Below, in pieces: positions 58,501 to 64,000 of a DNA stretch of 64,000 bases; position 1 is the first letter of the stretch; each line of letters opens with the position of its first letter. The stretch comes from Paraspadella gotoi (taxonomy: Eukaryota > Animalia > Chaetognatha). The notes below the pieces were generated by a model, which did no database searches, was not told where the DNA came from, and saw only the letters and a list, made by a program, of their open reading frames with translations. The stretch spans positions 14,204,770-14,268,769 of the forward strand of contig CM119271.1 of the NCBI GenBank assembly GCA_051294375.1, given 5' to 3'. The translations under genes were made by a program, and so were the position numbers.

Positions 58501-61500
58501 TGACCGTGCTCGCAGTGTTCGAAGCCAAGTTGAACTTTATACTGTGAATATAGCGGTTGTGATCGTATTTCTGCTTTCTGTTGCGAAACTTGGTGTCGCA
58601 TTCGTTGCAGCGTAAAAAAGACTGGTTGGAGTGAGCGGGACGAAGATCGGTTATGAGGCGGGGAGCGGGGGGAGGAGAAAGTTTAGATGGTCGAAGTTCG
58701 AAGCCGGACGACGACGAAGCGTGCTTTTGATCATCGTGAGTCATCTTCAGTTGAGGGTCCAAGAAGAAAAAGTTGCACCGAAGACACGCGGAGGTGGTTA
58801 GGAAATCCTCGGCACCAACAGAGGGGGTCATTAAAGAGGGATTGAAATCCGAAGCCGCCTGGAAGTGAGAAAAACAAAATAAAAACCTTTTTATAAACAT
58901 TTAATGAACAATTACAAGACCTGCTTAGCTTACTATCATGACAATATATAAACTTACCCGAGGCAGCTCGATCTCCGGATGTTTCTCTTTCATGTGACTC
59001 AACTGATCGTCTTCAGCTGCGAAATAGATGGAGCAAACGTGACAACCGAGCGACTGTAGAAAAGTGGGCGGATCTTCTTCCTCCTCTTCCGGCTCTTCCT
59101 CTTCCTCCTTCTTCGCCATTACCGACACTTCAGCCTCGCTCCGTCGACCCCCTCCTCCTCTCTCTCTCTCGGCGAGTCCCTCCGCGAACCACGAGGATCG
59201 AATCATGTGCGAGTTGTAGTTGTGCATCGCCTTTTTGTTGGACGAGTCGTAGCGTTTCTTGCATTCCCGGCAGAAGGCCACGTCTTCCGGACTGTGGGCC
59301 GGCTTGGGATCGGCGACGAGACCGGAAGTGGGCGTGGTCGTCGTTTCCTCCGGATGGTAGCGACTCGCGTGGACTCTCTTTAACTTTTCGTTGAGGAAAT
59401 AGACGGAACATGGGAGGCAGGCGCGACGAGCGAGGAAGGTTAAGGCTTCGGCGTCTCCGTGCTTCAGATCTCTCATCTTTTGCTCCGTCCACTCAACGTT
59501 ATCCTTCTCGTCGCCGTGCGACTCGATCCGATGCCGAGCGGCGCCGATGGCACTGCCGAACAAAGTGCCACAAGGAGCGCAACCGTAGACGGAAAGAAGG
59601 GAGCGACGACCGGGTCCGCCGGCGGACGGAGGAGAGTTCGTAGAGTCTTCCCCGGAATCGTCGTCGGAGCTCGCCTGTTTAATGAAAACCCGGATTGAAA
59701 TTAACTACAATTTCGGTCATTAGGATGTAACTTTTGTAACTTAAAACAAGGATACAAACCTCCAAATGCAGCTTGAGTCCGTGAGTCGTGTAGTTGTGCT
59801 TTTGCTTTTTCTGGGCATCTTGAAAAGTCAATCGACAATCGAGACAACGAAGAACCTCTCGCGGCGTGAAAGCAGGAAGTAGGTCGACGAGATCGGGCGG
59901 AGGCGGCGCTGCGGCGTCGCCCGCGCCGACGCAGACGTTGTTTCCCAGGTGACGATTCCGCGCCGCATCGTCGATGAAGTAGAGTCCGCAGTCGAAGCAG
60001 CTGCATCGAGCGAGAGTCTCGCGCGCCACCTCGTCCGCGGGGCGGACGTCGGTGAAGCGGAACGGTTTAGAGGGAGCGGGCTCGACGCGGGTGTAGTCGC
60101 CGTGGACCTGAAAAATAGTCCTTTTATCTAATTTGCAAATCGCAGTGGTACTGTCGGTCGAACAAAAGATTGTGCCGCCGGTTTTCAGAACCGAGACAAT
60201 TATGCCGTATTATAAAATACCAATTTCATATAATAATTTAAGTAGGCAGTTACCTTCGTTCCCCCCCCCTCCCCATTTAAAATGCGTTTTCACTCTACCG
60301 AAAAACGACGAAGGATGTAAGATTAAGATAAAGAAAATCTTGCAAAATTTGACAAGACATCTTCCCATGTATTTTCGACCGCATTCACCTCCTTGAGATG
60401 AAGCTTCCGATCTCGTCGGCAAGCAAAGTAGATCATGCATCGGAGACAGGCGGCCGTCTCAAAGAAGGTCCGGGGTTCGGGCCCGTGATCCGTCTCGCGG
60501 AGGAGAGGGAAGAAGCCGAAGCGGATTCTGAAGGCGCTTGTGTCCGATCTAGAAGGGTCAGATCTAGAATGATCCGCAGGAGGGCGCCCTCTTTTAAATG
60601 GACAAAGAGAAAAATTGTTTACTCATTAGCTTCGTATACAAAAAAAAGTAATAAAGCCTTTGTTTTTAAAGTATCTTTACAAAGATTACCTTGGACCTTG
60701 TTGCTTTTTCGGCTTCTCTACTCCCAAAGGCCTTTCCGTTCCCGATGGCTTCTCCACGCCTTCCCGCTTTTTCTCGCCCAACTGCTTCTTCAGCTTAGAG
60801 CGACTGTCTCCCCAATGTTTAGCCAAAAAGTGGGCGGTCATATCGGCGTCGGCGGCGACGACCGCGCCGCAAACGCGACACCTCAACCCGGCGCCATCCT
60901 CCGTCTCTTCCGCGGCGCGCCAAAGCATCTCCACGTCGTCGACGTCCAACGCCGCGGGCAAAGCCGCGTTCTGGCGCCGTTCCGCTGTCTCGTAACTGTC
61001 GTCGTCGTCGTCGTCTTTGGCAGCTTCGGCAGCGTGAAAGTCGGCAACGTGGGCGGACTTGGCGTCTTCGTCGTCGAAGCGAAGACGACAGGCGAAGCAG
61101 AGAGATTTGATTCGCGCGAGAAAAAGGACGGCGGTGCCGCGTTTGTTGACTTTACTCTTCGTCCCGCGAAAAGATTCGTCTTCGAATTCGTCGTCGTCGT
61201 CATCGTCGAACTTCGCCGCTTTGGATCGACGTTTTCCGACTTCGGATTTTCTCTTCTTTTTCTTCTTCTTGACTTCGTCGTCGTCTTCGATGTCGTCGTC
61301 GAATCTCGATCGATTCTCTTTTCCGTCTTCGTCATCCGCAGCCTCATCTTCCCTCTCTTTTATTTCTCCTTTGGCGCTCGTGTCCTGCGCCTCTTCCTCC
61401 TTGTTTTCGATGAACCAGGGAAGGACGCCAAAATCTCCTCTCTTGATTCGTATCTTGTTTTCTCTGATGATCTTCATGTATTGTTCTTTTTTCTTCGCCT

Positions 61501-64000
61501 CCTCGTTTTCTCCCTCGGATTCTGAGCCCGAATCGCCCTGGTAAAACACAGTATCATTTGCGTAATGTACATGTTTTTTAATATTTTTTGGCTAATTTTC
61601 TTTTCTTTTTATACATTCTCACGATAAGACGCCAATTTTTACTATGCCTATAGCCAACCTTATGCGCCCACAGGTGGACGACGAGTGACTTCCGGTCTTT
61701 AAAAAGCTGATTGCAGTCGGGACACTCGAACACCTTCTCCCTCCGCCCGCGCTCGCCGACCTCCCGCTTCTTCTTCGGCAGCTGATATCTCGACAGCGAC
61801 GAAGAGAGGGAGGAGGTGAGTGGCAGCGCCGCTGTCCCGTTGGCGGAGGCTGCGACGGCGCGGGAGGATCGTTTAGAGACTTCTCTATCCACATCATCTT
61901 CATCTTCGTCTTCAACGTCGGCTTCATCTCCGAGGATTTCCTCAAGCATCACTTCGCCGACGCAAAGATCTTCGTTGAGAAGGACGATGTCGTCGTCGTC
62001 GTCTTCGTTTTGGAGTCGCGAAATCTCAAGGACGGGAGGTTCGAGAGGCTCGTCGACGACGGTCAAAGAATCTTCCGTTTTTTGGACCGTAGCTAATAAA
62101 ATTTTTACGAGGAAACTGAATATTTTTAACGACAGTATCGGTGCGCGGGAAACGGATCGAAACCCGACCCGCCAAAATTTCTTACCGACATCCCGCGCCG
62201 GCGATTGGGTCGACCGAGTCCGCGGCGCCTCTTCCTTTCGTGCTTGCCCGCCTCCATCTGTCGGCGCCTTCTCGGCAGCGACATCTTCGGGTTCTTCGGC
62301 AAAGTATTCCTCTTTGTCGGCGAGGGCGAGCGTGACGCGATTGGAGACAAACCTGTCGTGGTTGTGCTCCGTGATGCCTTTGAGGTACATCCCGCCAATT
62401 ATCTCGACTTTTCCTGGATGAACATCGAGTGGCCAAACATTTGAAAAATCAATTGAATATTAAAGGCTTTAAATAGTTTCGTCTTAGTTAACAAAACTTA
62501 CCGTCGACTAAGGAGGTGGAGAATCGCACGGGGCATTTGAAGGGAGAGTTGACGACTCCCGACTGGAGATTGTGAATACATCGCCAGTCTTCTTTATTGA
62601 TCTTCGAGTCGGGATACCTGGACGACATAAAAAGAGATTTAATGGCAGTTTGCGACACATCTTCCAAACCCACTCATTCCCCAATTTTTAAAGCTCACCA
62701 TTTGTCTCTCATGAACTCGTAATTGTTGAGGACGCATCTGAAGGAGAAGGTCGTCTTGGCGGACTTGGGGTTGGGGATTTCGAGGCGGACGGGCACGCCT
62801 CGCTCGTGCGTCGAATAATCGTAGTAAAACATCGAAGACTCCTTGGCGCGTTTTCGTTCAAGCTTTTGCAAAATATAATGATAAATTTATCATCATCATC
62901 ATCGTCATCATCATCGCAGGAGTATCAAGCCACCAAAAGCAAATCGGATCGGAGGCTCGGGCGATCTCCACAGGAAATTGAATCGCCGAATCCTGATTGG
63001 TCAAAGACGAAACCGCAACCGACCAATCAGCTTGCAGAATCATTGGATCTGACAAATTTACCCTTACCACCGATCCTCTTCTTTAGATATAAATAGACCT
63101 AGTTTCTCTTAGTTTCAGTAGCATTGAACAAGACTCCTGCGCAGGGGTGGCGAGAGGGGGGGACACCCTCGCCTCTAAATCTCATCTAGTCAGAAGGTTT
63201 AACAAATTTAAACCCCTCGCTCAGACTAGAGGAGAGGCACAATAATTGTGATTTAAAAAAATGCCAGATTGGATGTCCTGCAGGCAGAAGTTTGAGCACT
63301 GGAGCAATTTTTAAGGCAAAAAGTCAGTAATCGAAAACTAAAATTATGGAGAGCAGGGGGGGGGCCCCGGCCAGAAGGCCAGTGGGGGGGCCCGCCATTT
63401 CTTTCGCTGCTCCTACGTGTGTCTCACTGTCATCCTTAATCTGAGAATAAAAAAATTGTCAGATCCAATGATTCTGCAAGCTGATTGGTCGATTCCGGTT
63501 CCGTCTTTGACCATTCAGGATTCGGCGATTCCATTTCCTGCGGAGATCGCCCGAGCCTTCGATCCGATTTGCTTTTGGTGGCTTGATACTCCTGCGATGT
63601 CATCATCGACCTCACCTTTTTCTGCGCCTTCATCTCCGACTTCTGCGATTCTTTCTCCTTTCTCTTTAACAAGTTTTGTTCCTCTTTGACCCGTTTCCGC
63701 TCCTCTTCCAAGCGGAGTCGTTGCTCTAGTCGTTCCGCTTTTTCAATCTCACGTCGACGTCGACGCTCTTCGTTTTGAGCGTTGGCTTCGTTGGCTTCTT
63801 CGTCTTCTTCGTCTTCGTCGTCACCATCTTCGTCGTCTTCGTCGTCGTTGGCTTCGGCCGCGGAAGCTGCTGAAGCGGCGGCGGCGGCGGCAACGGCGGC
63901 GGGTTTGGGCGGCTCCAAGTGCAAACGCTCGTGTCTGTTGATGCCCTGCCGAACCATCGAGGAATAGGTGCAGTATCGACAATGGAAGGGACGGTCGGGG
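49507..64000 (-). CDS. Very large multi-C2H2 zinc-finger protein, 5' end beyond the right edge; includes a ~7.48 kb exon (58858-51383)
   Basis: C2H2 fingers in exons at 64000-63900 (RPFHCRYCTYSS..RHERLH), 61730 (FECPDCNQLF..HLWAH), 61100-60820, 60100-59760, 59600-58960 and throughout the N-terminal half of the 2510-aa ORF. Frame-consistent junctions 51383|~51261 and 50606|50373 lead to a stop at 49507. Confidence 0.82.
51319..51367. repeat. 13-bp intronic tandem repeat (ACTAAAGCTTTAT) x ~3.7
   Basis: Directly visible in the sequence. Confidence 0.9.
51795..51912 (-). repeat. 21-bp coding tandem repeat encoding (K/E)APPT-x-S heptads
   Basis: KTPPTTR KAPPTSS KAPPTLS KAPPTSS KAPPTIS EAPPP in the 2510-aa ORF. 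Confidence 0.8.
62913..63598. mobile_element. Non-autonomous DNA transposon (MITE) with ~140-bp TIRs in an intron of the zinc-finger gene
   Basis: 62913-63055 is an imperfect reverse complement of 63456-63598. It is flanked by the direct repeat GTCATCATC (62904-62912, 63599-63607). Confidence 0.8.

Noticed and set aside
39564-62421. Long plus-strand ORFs (e.g. 42901-43818, 50516-51265, 60398-61525)
   Set aside because: Antisense shadows of GC-rich, low-complexity minus-strand exons; Ser/Phe-rich with no recognisable motifs.

Overview
Eukaryotic (invertebrate-like metazoan) genomic DNA with AT-rich introns and GC/CpG-rich exons. Seven spliced host genes all lie on the minus strand. From left to right: a GH20 beta-hexosaminidase (3' end runs off the window), an SLC7/LAT amino-acid transporter, an L27 + ~12-PDZ protein (MPDZ/PATJ-like), TYW5, NT5C3, a two-CAP-Gly coiled-coil CLIP-like protein, and a giant C2H2 zinc-finger protein (5' end off the window). 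A full-length ~5.36 kb DIRS1-type tyrosine-recombinase retrotransposon (20501-25860, plus strand) sits in a small MPDZ intron. Its replication-critical internal complementary region (ICR) lies near the 5' end, inside a predicted spliceosomal intron that splits gag. Other points: operon-like spacing with unpaired splice acceptors across NT5C3-TYW5-MPDZ, a six-fold repeated triple-C2H2 module, a dispersed octamer-containing intronic motif, a long nested intronic hairpin, a long-TIR MITE and a HINE-like element. Exon boundaries were inferred by eye from GT/AG sites and frame continuity; no database searches were run.
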